A program made the translations under genes and the position numbers. A DNA stretch of 64,000 nt from Patescibacteria group bacterium (lineage in GTDB: Bacteria > Patescibacteriota > Patescibacteriia > Patescibacteriales > UBA12465): NCBI GenBank assembly GCA_041651355.1, contig JBAZJK010000001.1, positions 485,883 to 549,882 on the forward strand, in the 5' to 3' direction. The notes below the pieces were generated by a model. That model saw only the letters and a program-made list of their open reading frames with translations. It ran no database searches and was not told the DNA's origin. Of this stretch, positions 7,259 to 15,844 are shown piece after piece (position 1 is the stretch's first letter; each line of letters starts with the position of its first letter).

Positions 7259-8086
7259 TTATTTCTTAGTCTTTTTGGGCTTAGCTTCTTTTTCTTTCTT
7301 AGCTTTTTTAGGAGCTAATTCAATTTCTTCTTCGGATTCGACGATTGGCGCTTCTTCTAAAATCATGTCTGAGGTCATTTCCGGCTCTTCTTCATCCGTT
7401 TTAGCCGGAGCCAAGAGGGAGCTGAATTGTTCCACCAAAATCTTAACTGATTCCTCAAAAGCATCGCGCGGGCTGATAGTGCCATCGGTCTTGACGTTTA
7501 AAACCAGCTTATCCCAATTGGTCATCTTACCGACACGGGCATTTTCCACATCGATACTGACTGACAAGACTGGAGAAAAGATAGAGTCTATCTCCATGAA
7601 ATTAATATCCTTATTCTCTTTCTTGTCGCCTTCTGACATCTTGTAGCCGCGGCCTTCTTTAACATAAATTTCCATTTCCAAACTGCCAGCTTCATCGGTA
7701 ATAGTCGCTAACACTAAATCAGGATTCTTGATTTCCACTTCACTGCCTTTAATGTCAGCGGCAGTCACTTTTTTCTTGCCTTTCACTTTTAACTCCAGCT
7801 TAATCTCTTCCTCGGAAAAGACGCGCAAGCGGAGCTGCTTCAAATTCAAAATCAGCTCTAAAACATCCTCCTTGATATGCGGTAAAGCCATGAATTCATG
7901 GCTGACGCCCTTTATTTTTACACCGGTCACTGCCGCCCCTGGAAGGGATGACAAGAGAACCCGACGCAAAGAATTACCCAAAGTCATGCCGTAACCTGGA
8001 TATAAAGGTTCGATCACTATTGCTTCTTGATTGGCCTGTTCGCCCTTTAAAAATTCGATTTTTTTAGGCAAAGCAATATTTTGCAT
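7259..8086 (-). CDS. rpoA: DNA-directed RNA polymerase alpha subunit, N-terminal domain only
   Basis: GMTLGNSLRRVLLSSLPGAAVTGVKIKGVSHEF matches the alpha-NTD. After ...VKILVEQFSSLL there is only a ~50-aa acidic/Lys-rich tail and no HhH alpha-CTD. Confidence 0.9.
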   Translation of the reverse strand: MQNIALPKKIEFLKGEQANQEAIVIEPLYPGYGMTLGNSLRRVLLSSLPGAAVTGVKIKGVSHEFMALPHIKEDVLELILNLKQLRLRVFSEEEIKLELKVKGKKKVTAADIKGSEVEIKNPDLVLATITDEAGSLEMEIYVKEGRGYKMSEGDKKENKDINFMEIDSIFSPVLSVSIDVENARVGKMTNWDKLVLNVKTDGTISPRDAFEESVKILVEQFSSLLAPAKTDEEEPEMTSDMILEEAPIVESEEEIELAPKKAKKEKEAKPKKTKK

Positions 8087-8110
8087 AATGTTTTTATATT
8101 ATGAATTATT

Positions 8111-8740
8111 TTACTTTGAATAATACTCAATAATCATCTGGACGTTGATGTTGGCGTTAAGGTCTTTTTCCTGGGGTTCGTGCAGGACTTTAGCCTGGAA
8201 ATCATTAACTTCCCAGTTCAACCAACCCGGCAGTTCGGCTTTTTTGATCCGGTCTTTGATATTCTTGAAATATGGTTTAGCTAAACTAGCCTTCTTGACG
8301 CTAATAATATCCCCGACTTTAAGAGTCATAGAAGGTATACCAGCCTTGCGCTTATTGACAGTAATATGCCCATGGCTGACCAATTGGCGAGCACTGACAC
8401 GGGACGGTGCTAAACCTAAGCGATAGACAGCGTTATCAAGACGCATTTCTAAAGCTCTCAAAAAATTCTGACCGGCATCGCCGCTCTTTTTCTGGGCTTT
8501 CTCGAAAATTAAACGGAATTGCTTCTCCAGAATATTATAATACTTCTTGGCTTTCTGTTTTTCCGCTAACTGCAAGCCGTAATCGCTAGAACGTTTCTTC
8601 CCTTTCGGGCCATGGAAGCCTGGCGGATAATTGCGTTTAATAATAGCGCACTTGGGGCCATAACAGCGTTCTCCTTTTAAGAAAAGCTTTTCTCCGGCCC
8701 GTCGGCATTGTTTACACTTGTTATCTAAATTTTTTCCCAT
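8111..8740 (-). CDS. rpsD: 30S ribosomal protein uS4
   Basis: CKQCRRAGEKLFLKGERCYGPKC and the S4 domain RLDNAVYRLGLAPSRVSARQLVSHGHI. Start set at ATG 8740 (MGKNLD...), because the 15 extra track codons overlap rpsK. Confidence 0.9.
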   Translation of the reverse strand: MGKNLDNKCKQCRRAGEKLFLKGERCYGPKCAIIKRNYPPGFHGPKGKKRSSDYGLQLAEKQKAKKYYNILEKQFRLIFEKAQKKSGDAGQNFLRALEMRLDNAVYRLGLAPSRVSARQLVSHGHITVNKRKAGIPSMTLKVGDIISVKKASLAKPYFKNIKDRIKKAELPGWLNWEVNDFQAKVLHEPQEKDLNANINVQMIIEYYSK

Positions 8741-8754
8741 AATGATAAAATTAA

Positions 8755-9333
8755 TTAGACTCGTCTTGGTTTCTTGGGACGGCAACCGTTGTGAGGCACT
8801 GAAGTAACATCCTTGATAGCCATAACTTCTAAACCGTTAGCATTCAAAGCCCTGATAGCGGCCTCGCGACCAGTGCCGACTCCGGATACAAAAACGTTAA
8901 CCTCCTGCAAACCATATTCTTCTTTAGCCTTTTGGACGGCGATCTTAGTGATAATCTGAGCCGCATACGGCGTAGCCTTCTTAGCGCCCTTGAAACCGGC
9001 CATGCCGGCACTCGCCCAAGAAATGACATCACCGTTATTATCAGCTAAAGAAATCATGGTGTTGTTATAAGTCGCATTGATATAAGCTCGACCGGATTTA
9101 ACAACTTTAACACCTTTTTTCTTGCGCTTCTTCACCAGCTTTTTCTTAGCCCGAGCTGCTTTATTTTTTTCCAGCTTCTGCTTGATTTCCTCTGGTAACT
9201 CTTCGCTTTCCGTGTCTAAAGAAAATTTCTCCTCTTCTTCCTCTTTCTCAACCGGCTTAGCTTCAGCCATCACAACTTCCGGAGTAATCTCCTCGCTGCT
9301 GGCTTTTTTAGATTTTTTTTGTTCGTCTGACAT
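8755..9333 (-). CDS. rpsK: 30S ribosomal protein uS11 with ~63-aa charged N-terminal extension
   Basis: [46 protein letters not shown] core, ending in [13 protein letters not shown]. Confidence 0.9.
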   Translation of the reverse strand: MSDEQKKSKKASSEEITPEVVMAEAKPVEKEEEEEKFSLDTESEELPEEIKQKLEKNKAARAKKKLVKKRKKKGVKVVKSGRAYINATYNNTMISLADNNGDVISWASAGMAGFKGAKKATPYAAQIITKIAVQKAKEEYGLQEVNVFVSGVGTGREAAIRALNANGLEVMAIKDVTSVPHNGCRPKKPRRV

Positions 9334-9346
9334 AATTTATAAATGA

Positions 9347-9742
9347 TTAGGTCTTCTGATTGGCAGCCTTGTTCTTACCGCTACCCATAGTGACGCGTTT
9401 ATTACCGCGAACGGTGCGGCTATTTGTCTTAGTCCTTTGGCCGCGAGCCGGCAAATGCTTGGTATGGCGGCTGCCACGATAGCAATTTATTTCCCGTAAA
9501 CGCTTGATATTGCTCTGGATTTCCCGTCTCAAATCACCTTCTAAGGTATATTTCTTCTCGATAATCAAACGCAAAGCATTAACCTCTTCTTCTTTTAGGT
9601 CTTTGATGCGCTTATTCTTATCGACCTTAGCTTCGCTTAAAATCGAATTGGAACGGGTTTTGCCGATACCGAAGATATAGGTTAAGGCGATTTCCGCTCT
9701 TTTGTCATTGGGAAGATTAACTCCCGCGATTCTTACTGCCAT
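9347..9742 (-). CDS. rpsM: 30S ribosomal protein uS13
   Basis: [35 protein letters not shown]. Confidence 0.9.
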   Translation of the reverse strand: MAVRIAGVNLPNDKRAEIALTYIFGIGKTRSNSILSEAKVDKNKRIKDLKEEEVNALRLIIEKKYTLEGDLRREIQSNIKRLREINCYRGSRHTKHLPARGQRTKTNSRTVRGNKRVTMGSGKNKAANQKT

Positions 9743-9752
9743 AAATTAAAAA

Positions 9753-9866
9753 TTAGCCTTGTCTTTGCTTATGTTTTGGATTCTTGCAAATAACATGAAC
9801 CCGACCTTTGCGTCGGACAACTTTGCAGTCCTTGCAAATTTTTTTTGCGCTCGCTCTCACTTTCAT
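9753..9866 (-). CDS. rpmJ: 50S ribosomal protein bL36
   Basis: Below the ORF-track size cutoff. My translation is [37 protein letters not shown] (37 aa, CxxC...C...H zinc ribbon), in the canonical infA-rpmJ-rpsM position. Confidence 0.85.
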   Translation of the reverse strand: MKVRASAKKICKDCKVVRRKGRVHVICKNPKHKQRQG

Positions 9867-9876
9867 AAAATTTTGA

Positions 9877-10131
9877 TTACATTCTATAAGTTATCCGGCC
9901 TTTCGACAGGTCATAAGGACTGATTTCAATCTTCACCCTATCGCCCGGCAATAACCTGATTTTATTAAGACGCATCTTACCGGAAAGGTGGGCTAAGATC
10001 TCGTGACCGTTATCTAGCACCACTTTAAACATAGCGGCCGGCATCAGTTCGATCACTTCGCCTTGCATCTCAATGAAATCTTTAGAATTTAGCGCCGCAT
10101 TGCTAGCGGAGCTGTCGTGCTTGTTTGTCAT
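9877..10131 (-). CDS. infA: translation initiation factor IF-1
   Basis: S1-like core [64 protein letters not shown]. Start moved to ATG 10131. Confidence 0.85.
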   Translation of the reverse strand: MTNKHDSSASNAALNSKDFIEMQGEVIELMPAAMFKVVLDNGHEILAHLSGKMRLNKIRLLPGDRVKIEISPYDLSKGRITYRM

Positions 10132-10211
10132 TAACACAAAAAAATTTGATAAAAATAAAAACTTTATCAAAGTTTCTTTAAAATTTATATATTATTTTCA
10201 GCAATAGATTA

Positions 10212-10240
10212 ATTATATAGATAAGCCTAATAATTGTCAA
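10212..10240 (-). promoter_or_regulatory. consensus sigma70 promoter of the infA...rpsI operon
   Basis: Minus strand: TTGACA (10240-10235), exactly 17 nt, TATAAT (10217-10212). About 75 nt upstream of infA. Confidence 0.65.
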
Positions 10241-10250
10241 GGGAAAAATA

Positions 10251-12158
10251 TTAACCTAAAATTGCCTTAATTCTCCGGACGCCAGCGCTGCTGGCTTCCT
10301 CTTTCTGGATGCTAAACTTACCCAATTCCCTGGTATTGTTGACATGGGGCCCACCGCAGATTTCATAGGAAAATACCTTATTTAAGCCGTCTTTTTCCTG
10401 TTTTCCCACGCCATAAACCTTTACCTGTTCACCGTATTTAGATTCAAAAACCCCCATCGCTCCCCGCTCCTTAGCCTCGCCTAAAGGCATTTCTTGACAA
10501 AAAACATCATATTCAGCATCAATAGCCTGATTAACTAAATCTTCAACCTGTTTAATCTGCTCCGGGGTCATTTTTTCCGGATGCGAAAAATCTAAACGTA
10601 AACGTTCAGGCGTTATATTGCTCCCCTTCTGGACTACGTGCTCTCCCAGAACCTTCCTTAAAGCGGCTAAAAGGAGGTGAGCGGCAGTATGCAGTCTGGT
10701 CGTCTGTTCGCTCGAATCAGCTAAACCGCCTTTAAACTTCCCGGCGGCGGCAGTCCGAGACAACTCTTGGTGTTTCTTAAGCTCCTCATTGAAGAGCTGT
10801 TTGATATCAGCTAAGGCCTGAGAACTGAAATTACAAGCTCGATTAGCTAATTCCTCCAATGATAGCTCCAAAGGAAAGCCAAAACTTTGATATAGGTGAA
10901 AAAGGTCAGCGCCGTTTAAAGCATTCTCTTTGGCACTGCTAATCCGGTCCAACTCTTTCAGACCTTTTTCCAGGCTACGCTCAAACTTCTCTTCTTCCTG
11001 ATTCAAGCTGGAAAAGATAAAATTCTGATTCTGGCTAAGTTCAGGATAGACCGAAGAATAATCGTTAATGACAATTGCGGCGAGATCTTGAAGCCAAAGG
11101 TTCTTTTCGATCCCGAGTTTGCGGCCGTAACGGATAGCTCGACGCAAGAGACGACGGATAACATAGCCCTGGTCGGTGTTAGAGGGCGCGATTCCTTTAG
11201 GGTCACCGATGAGGAAAGTAGCCGCTTTGATATGGTCAGCGACCACTTCGAAACCAGCTCGATTCTCATCATTACCCGGATAAGTGCGGCCGCTCAAAAC
11301 TTCAATCTGCTTGATTATCCTGCTGAAGAGATCGGTATTAAAGATGCTATTTTGCTTTTCTAAAACCATTAGCAACCTTTCCAGACCACCACCGAAATCG
11401 ACATTCTTGCTAGCTAGTTCCCGCCAGCCATCGCTAGTTTTCTGGTACTGCATAAAAACGGAATTGCCGATTTCCAGGAAACGGCCGCAATCGCAATTGG
11501 GGTGGCAATAGGGTCCGAATCTAGGATCGTGCTCTTGTCCAGTATCAAAAAAAGTTTCGCTGTCCGGACCGCCTAATTCACCGACCGCCTCGCCCCGTTT
11601 CCACCAATTCTTATCACGATAAGGAAATATCCTCTGGACAGTAAAATCCAATTCTAGCCCCGACCCCAGTTCCCCCTTTCCTAGGGTGGCCGGTCCGACT
11701 TCGGCGCTTAAGCCATATTTTTTATAAATCTCTTGTAAAATAGAGATAGCCTCATTATCGGGGCCGATATTCTTACCATCACCCGCATAGACGGTCTGAT
11801 AAATCCTCCTGGGATCCAGATTTAATTTTTCGATGAGAAATTCGAACCACCAATGTAATTGTTCTTTCTTAAAATAGTCACCCAAGCTCCAATTGCCCAG
11901 CATCTCAAAAAAAGTATTATGACGGGCATCACCCACTTCATCGATGTCTTCGGTCCGGAAACACTTCTGGCTATTTGCCAGGCAGTTACCAGCCGGATGC
12001 GGCGTACCTAAAAAATAAGGAACGAGCGGAAACATGCCTGAATTAGTAAATAAGAGGGTAGAATCGTTTTCCGGAATCAAAGAGGCGCTCGAAATCACCT
12101 GGTGATCGCGAGCGGCGAAAAAATCTAGATATTTCTGGCGTAATTCATTAGCATTCAT
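10251..12158 (-). CDS. alaS: alanine--tRNA ligase, short form lacking the C-Ala domain
   Basis: N-terminus MNANELRQKYLDFFAARDHQVISSASLIPENDSTLLFTNSGMFPLVPYF. Editing-domain motifs HTAAHLL and CGGPHV. The protein ends right after AGVRRIKAILG (635 aa). Confidence 0.9.
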   Translation of the reverse strand: MNANELRQKYLDFFAARDHQVISSASLIPENDSTLLFTNSGMFPLVPYFLGTPHPAGNCLANSQKCFRTEDIDEVGDARHNTFFEMLGNWSLGDYFKKEQLHWWFEFLIEKLNLDPRRIYQTVYAGDGKNIGPDNEAISILQEIYKKYGLSAEVGPATLGKGELGSGLELDFTVQRIFPYRDKNWWKRGEAVGELGGPDSETFFDTGQEHDPRFGPYCHPNCDCGRFLEIGNSVFMQYQKTSDGWRELASKNVDFGGGLERLLMVLEKQNSIFNTDLFSRIIKQIEVLSGRTYPGNDENRAGFEVVADHIKAATFLIGDPKGIAPSNTDQGYVIRRLLRRAIRYGRKLGIEKNLWLQDLAAIVINDYSSVYPELSQNQNFIFSSLNQEEEKFERSLEKGLKELDRISSAKENALNGADLFHLYQSFGFPLELSLEELANRACNFSSQALADIKQLFNEELKKHQELSRTAAAGKFKGGLADSSEQTTRLHTAAHLLLAALRKVLGEHVVQKGSNITPERLRLDFSHPEKMTPEQIKQVEDLVNQAIDAEYDVFCQEMPLGEAKERGAMGVFESKYGEQVKVYGVGKQEKDGLNKVFSYEICGGPHVNNTRELGKFSIQKEEASSAGVRRIKAILG

Positions 12159-12160
12159 AT

Positions 12161-13885
12161 TTAATGTCTTTTCCTATAATGAGTATGTAAAACTTCTTCG
12201 CTTAAGCCCTTTTGCGCTAACCAATCAAGAGCTTTTATCACTTCCTGGTTGTCATGGGCCTTACGGATTTTCTTAAATTTATCAATCTTATACAAGGCAG
12301 CTACCCGAGCCCGCCTAATCTCCTTAGTCGTCGGCAAGGGCTGTCCGCCGCCGCCGATACAGCCGCCCGGGCAAGCCATAACCTCGATATAATCATAATT
12401 CTTAAGGTTTTTTTTAATTTTGTCAAAGACGCCAATGCCATTCACCACCCCCACCCTTAATTTACGGCCGGCAATATCGATAATTGCTTCCTTAAAATCT
12501 TCCAAGCCGCGGACTTCTTTGAAATCGATGCGGTTCGAGCATAGTTTAGCTTTGTCGTCTCGGCAAGCTAGGGCATAGGCGGTTCTTAGGGCCGACTCCA
12601 TTACTCCACCGGATGAGCCATAGATAACAGCCGCACCACTACCTTCGTTGAATATCTTATCGCTATCTTCTGTTTTTAGAGAAGCGAAATCTATCTTATT
12701 CTTCTTTAATAGATAGGCGAATTCCCTGGTAGTAATAACTAAATCTACCGGCGCTAAGCGTCCGATCTTCAATTCGCTGCGCTTGGCCTCGAACTTCTTA
12801 GCTGTACAGGGCATGACGGAAACGACGACTATCTTTTTAGGGTCAAGTTTCATCTGGCTGGCCCAATAAGTCTTGATGATGCCGCCGATATGGATCTGAG
12901 GTGAACGGGCGCTCGTTAAATTTGGGAGTAATTCCGGAGCAAAAAATTCTGCATATTTCACCCAGGCTGGGCAACAAGAAGTAATCAGCGGCTTGACCGC
13001 CTTCTTGTCAGCGAGGCGCTCTAGAAGTTCTTGAGCTTCAACCATCGTCGTCACATCCGCGCCAAAATTAACATCAAAGACATAGGCGAAACCTAATTTC
13101 TTCAAAGCGGCCACGGTCCGCCCCGTGCTTTCACTGCCATAAAGCAAGCCGAATTCCTCGCCGATAGCTACTCGGACCGAAGGAGCGAACTGTGCCACCA
13201 CTATCTTATCCTTAGCCTGCAAAGCTTTTTCCACTTCAAGCCAATTATCTTGCTCCTGGGCGGCCGCCACCGGACAATGGAGCGTGCATTGGCCGCAATA
13301 GATGCAATCGATATCTTTATCCTTAGTCGGAACAATCTCTTGTTTGGCTCCTTTGCCACTCACCTCTAAATAGTTTATATGTTGGACTTGGCTACAAACC
13401 TCGACACAATTACGGCAATCGATACATTGGCTGCCGTCAATCTCCACTGCATTAGCGAACTTATATGTCTGCCTTTCCTGTTTCCGGCCTTTAAATCTCT
13501 TGGCCCTGATCTTATATTTCTTAGCGAGATCCAAAAGGGCGCAATTATAACGCAAAGTGCATGTTGGGCATTTAGTTTCGTGCTCAGCAAATAATAACTC
13601 GAGATTAAGGTGCCTGGCCGACCTAACTCGCCGTGAATCCGTTAGGGCTTCCAAACCGTCAAAAACCTCGGTAGAACAAGCGGTACTTAATTTCTTCTGT
13701 CCTTTGATTTCCACGGCACAAATCCGACAATTAGCCTTGACGTCTAAATCTGGATGGAAACAAAGGGTGGGTATAAAAATATTGTTACGCGTAGCCACGT
13801 CTAAAATCGTTTCCCCGCTCACAGCCGGATATGTCTGGCCGTTGAGCCGGACTTTTATCTTTTTTTTAGGTAAAGCGCTTAACAT
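12161..13885 (-). CDS. hydA: [FeFe]-hydrogenase catalytic subunit (group A, CpI-like M3 architecture)
   Basis: H-cluster motifs TSCCPAW (L1), MPCTAKKFE (L2) and EVMACPGGCIGGGGQP (L3). The N-terminus has a 2Fe-2S domain, HETKCPTCTLRYNC, and two 4Fe-4S motifs (CIDCRNCVEVC, CIYCGQCTLHCP). Confidence 0.9.
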   Translation of the reverse strand: MLSALPKKKIKVRLNGQTYPAVSGETILDVATRNNIFIPTLCFHPDLDVKANCRICAVEIKGQKKLSTACSTEVFDGLEALTDSRRVRSARHLNLELLFAEHETKCPTCTLRYNCALLDLAKKYKIRAKRFKGRKQERQTYKFANAVEIDGSQCIDCRNCVEVCSQVQHINYLEVSGKGAKQEIVPTKDKDIDCIYCGQCTLHCPVAAAQEQDNWLEVEKALQAKDKIVVAQFAPSVRVAIGEEFGLLYGSESTGRTVAALKKLGFAYVFDVNFGADVTTMVEAQELLERLADKKAVKPLITSCCPAWVKYAEFFAPELLPNLTSARSPQIHIGGIIKTYWASQMKLDPKKIVVVSVMPCTAKKFEAKRSELKIGRLAPVDLVITTREFAYLLKKNKIDFASLKTEDSDKIFNEGSGAAVIYGSSGGVMESALRTAYALACRDDKAKLCSNRIDFKEVRGLEDFKEAIIDIAGRKLRVGVVNGIGVFDKIKKNLKNYDYIEVMACPGGCIGGGGQPLPTTKEIRRARVAALYKIDKFKKIRKAHDNQEVIKALDWLAQKGLSEEVLHTHYRKRH

Positions 13886-13895
13886 GTGAATAAGA

Positions 13896-14738
13896 TTAAC
13901 GTTTCTTCGGCATCGGGCCTTTAATTTTCACTAGGTCGCGATAAACTTGAACCATGTATAAAAGGTAGATTGGAGAAATTAATATTTGGACAAGATTGAC
14001 GATCCCTTGCCAAGCTCTATAAAAAGCGCTTTCCGTGGAAGCTAAAGCCAAGGGGAAAGATATTAATAAAGAGAACACCCAAACCACCAAGGCAAAAAAT
14101 AGCATACGGCCTAAAACTGCCCACCAATACTTCTCTACCAAAAACATGCTGCGTCTTAAGGCTTGTAAGCCATTCAAGTTCTCAAATACCAAAGAAAAAG
14201 TTGAAACCCCGAAAAAGATAACCAGGATAAAAGCTAGGGTGAATAATATCAGGGCGCAGAATAAAAGCATTGCTAGAACCATCGGCGCCATCGGTAAAAG
14301 ATTAATAGAAACCATGAAAGCTAGGCCAATTAAGAATAAAGGCGATAAAAATATTATAGTTAAGAATATTAGACTGATATAAGACCAAACAATCATCCTT
14401 GACTCTTTAAACTGCGGCCAAGTGTTCTTCTTAAAATTATTTTTGATCATTAAGAATACACTAATATAGACCCGGGCAAAATAATAAGCCAGCCACAAGA
14501 GGCTAAAAGTCACCAGAACCGCCAAACTAAGCTGCAGGCCCAAACTATTTATACCCCAAATGTCTTGCAATAAGAAAGCCAAAAAAGACAAGAAAAAAAG
14601 CGGCAGGAAACCGACAAGCGACCATAAAAACAAACGGATAAATTTATTGAAATTCTGCCAATAAATCTTTAGCGCGGACTCAAGCATGTTAAAAACCGGG
14701 CTTAATTTAGGATTTTTTGATTTAGTTTTAATTTTCAT
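13896..14738 (-). CDS. hypothetical polytopic membrane protein
   Basis: 280-aa ORF with about 6-7 hydrophobic helices and no recognisable motif. It sits 10 nt from each flanking hydrogenase-module gene. Confidence 0.5.
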   Translation of the reverse strand: MKIKTKSKNPKLSPVFNMLESALKIYWQNFNKFIRLFLWSLVGFLPLFFLSFLAFLLQDIWGINSLGLQLSLAVLVTFSLLWLAYYFARVYISVFLMIKNNFKKNTWPQFKESRMIVWSYISLIFLTIIFLSPLFLIGLAFMVSINLLPMAPMVLAMLLFCALILFTLAFILVIFFGVSTFSLVFENLNGLQALRRSMFLVEKYWWAVLGRMLFFALVVWVFSLLISFPLALASTESAFYRAWQGIVNLVQILISPIYLLYMVQVYRDLVKIKGPMPKKR

Positions 14739-14748
14739 ATTTATAATA

Positions 14749-15843
14749 TTAAATTTTTAAGCTATAACGCCTGACTATATTCTGCCAATATGACTTGATC
14801 GGCGTTGGAATAGAAGCACCTAAAGCACAAAAAGAAGATTCGGATAAATCGCTCAGGATTTCTTCAAATAATTGCCAGTCCATCCGCGCCGCATTGATCG
14901 CTTCCCAGAGGCGGAAACTCCCTTCCCGGCAAGGCACGCATTGACCGCAGGATTCATTCTTAAAAAATTCCAACCAAGAAGCCAAAAGTTTATGAGGATT
15001 ATGTGTCTTTAAATTATAAACAGTAATCGAGGCCGCGCCGCTAGCCGGCCGATTGAGCTGATCTTCAGACAAGACTTCTCCGCTAGCATCTCCGCCGACC
15101 TGGACAAAAAATGGCCAATTTGGGTAATTATCAGAGGCGCGCAAGACCTGGGCGATTGTCCAATGGGCCGGATAAGCAAACACCCCCTTATTTTTCAAAT
15201 CCCCATTCAAAGTAAAGAAACGTTCCTTTTTATATTTTCCTGAGGCGACTAGGGCGACATCATAAAAAGTTTCAATATTATTAATCAGGGTCGGCTGATT
15301 AAACAAACCGTGAGCCGTCGGATAAGGCGGACGCAGACGCGGTTCTATGCGACGATTTTCTATGATATTTAAAATTGTGCTTTCTTCGCCGGCAATATAA
15401 CCCGCTCCTTCTGGCTTAGACAGGATTTCTAATTTATTAAGAAGAGATATCTTGGCCGCCTCTTTTATCAAATTAGCCTCATATTTTTTAAAATAATCAG
15501 CCCTGAGAAAGATATAAACTTTTTTAGCCCGCAAAAAATCCACTGCTAATTTCAAGCCAGCTAAAAATATTTCCGGATATTTCTCTAGGATATACCCATC
15601 CTTCTTGATTCCCGGTTCACCCTCAGCGCCATTAGCGACGACGTAGCAGACTTTAGCCCGAGGACTCTGGTCAGGATGGTAATAGCAAGCGATCTCGTCT
15701 TGCCCTCTGACTTGGCAGTGGATATTTTCCGGGCTAAGCATGGCTCGATAAACCGCTAGCCATTTTAAATAAACCGGAAATTCGGCTCCGCCGCGTCCGA
15801 CTAGTCCAGCCGCCTTGATTTTATGTATTAAATCCTTATTCAT
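14749..15843 (-). CDS. NuoF-like NAD(H)-binding FMN/4Fe-4S flavoprotein (minimal HydB/HndC-like)
   Basis: GRGGAEFPVYLKW (compare GRGGAGFPTGLKW), ANGAEGEPGIKKD, YIAGEESTILNIIENRRIEPRLRPPYP, NNIETF, and SCGQCVPCREGS...FCALG (N3 cluster). No NuoE-like or ferredoxin-like extension is present. Confidence 0.8.
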   Translation of the reverse strand: MNKDLIHKIKAAGLVGRGGAEFPVYLKWLAVYRAMLSPENIHCQVRGQDEIACYYHPDQSPRAKVCYVVANGAEGEPGIKKDGYILEKYPEIFLAGLKLAVDFLRAKKVYIFLRADYFKKYEANLIKEAAKISLLNKLEILSKPEGAGYIAGEESTILNIIENRRIEPRLRPPYPTAHGLFNQPTLINNIETFYDVALVASGKYKKERFFTLNGDLKNKGVFAYPAHWTIAQVLRASDNYPNWPFFVQVGGDASGEVLSEDQLNRPASGAASITVYNLKTHNPHKLLASWLEFFKNESCGQCVPCREGSFRLWEAINAARMDWQLFEEILSDLSESSFCALGASIPTPIKSYWQNIVRRYSLKI

Positions 15844-15844
15844 C

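Noticed and set aside
8741-8785. N-terminal extensions of track ORFs for rpsD, infA (10132-10170), rpsB (19718-19753), hisS (50152-50226), the histidine phosphatase (20547-20573) and cysS (43984-44001)
   Set aside because: The extra codons overlap upstream genes or give hydrophobic nonsense. Internal ATGs reproduce the canonical N-termini of these families.
13896-14738. Calling the membrane protein a dedicated hydrogenase anchor subunit
   Set aside because: There are no cofactor-binding motifs (no conserved His/Cys pattern). The evidence is position only, so it is annotated as hypothetical.
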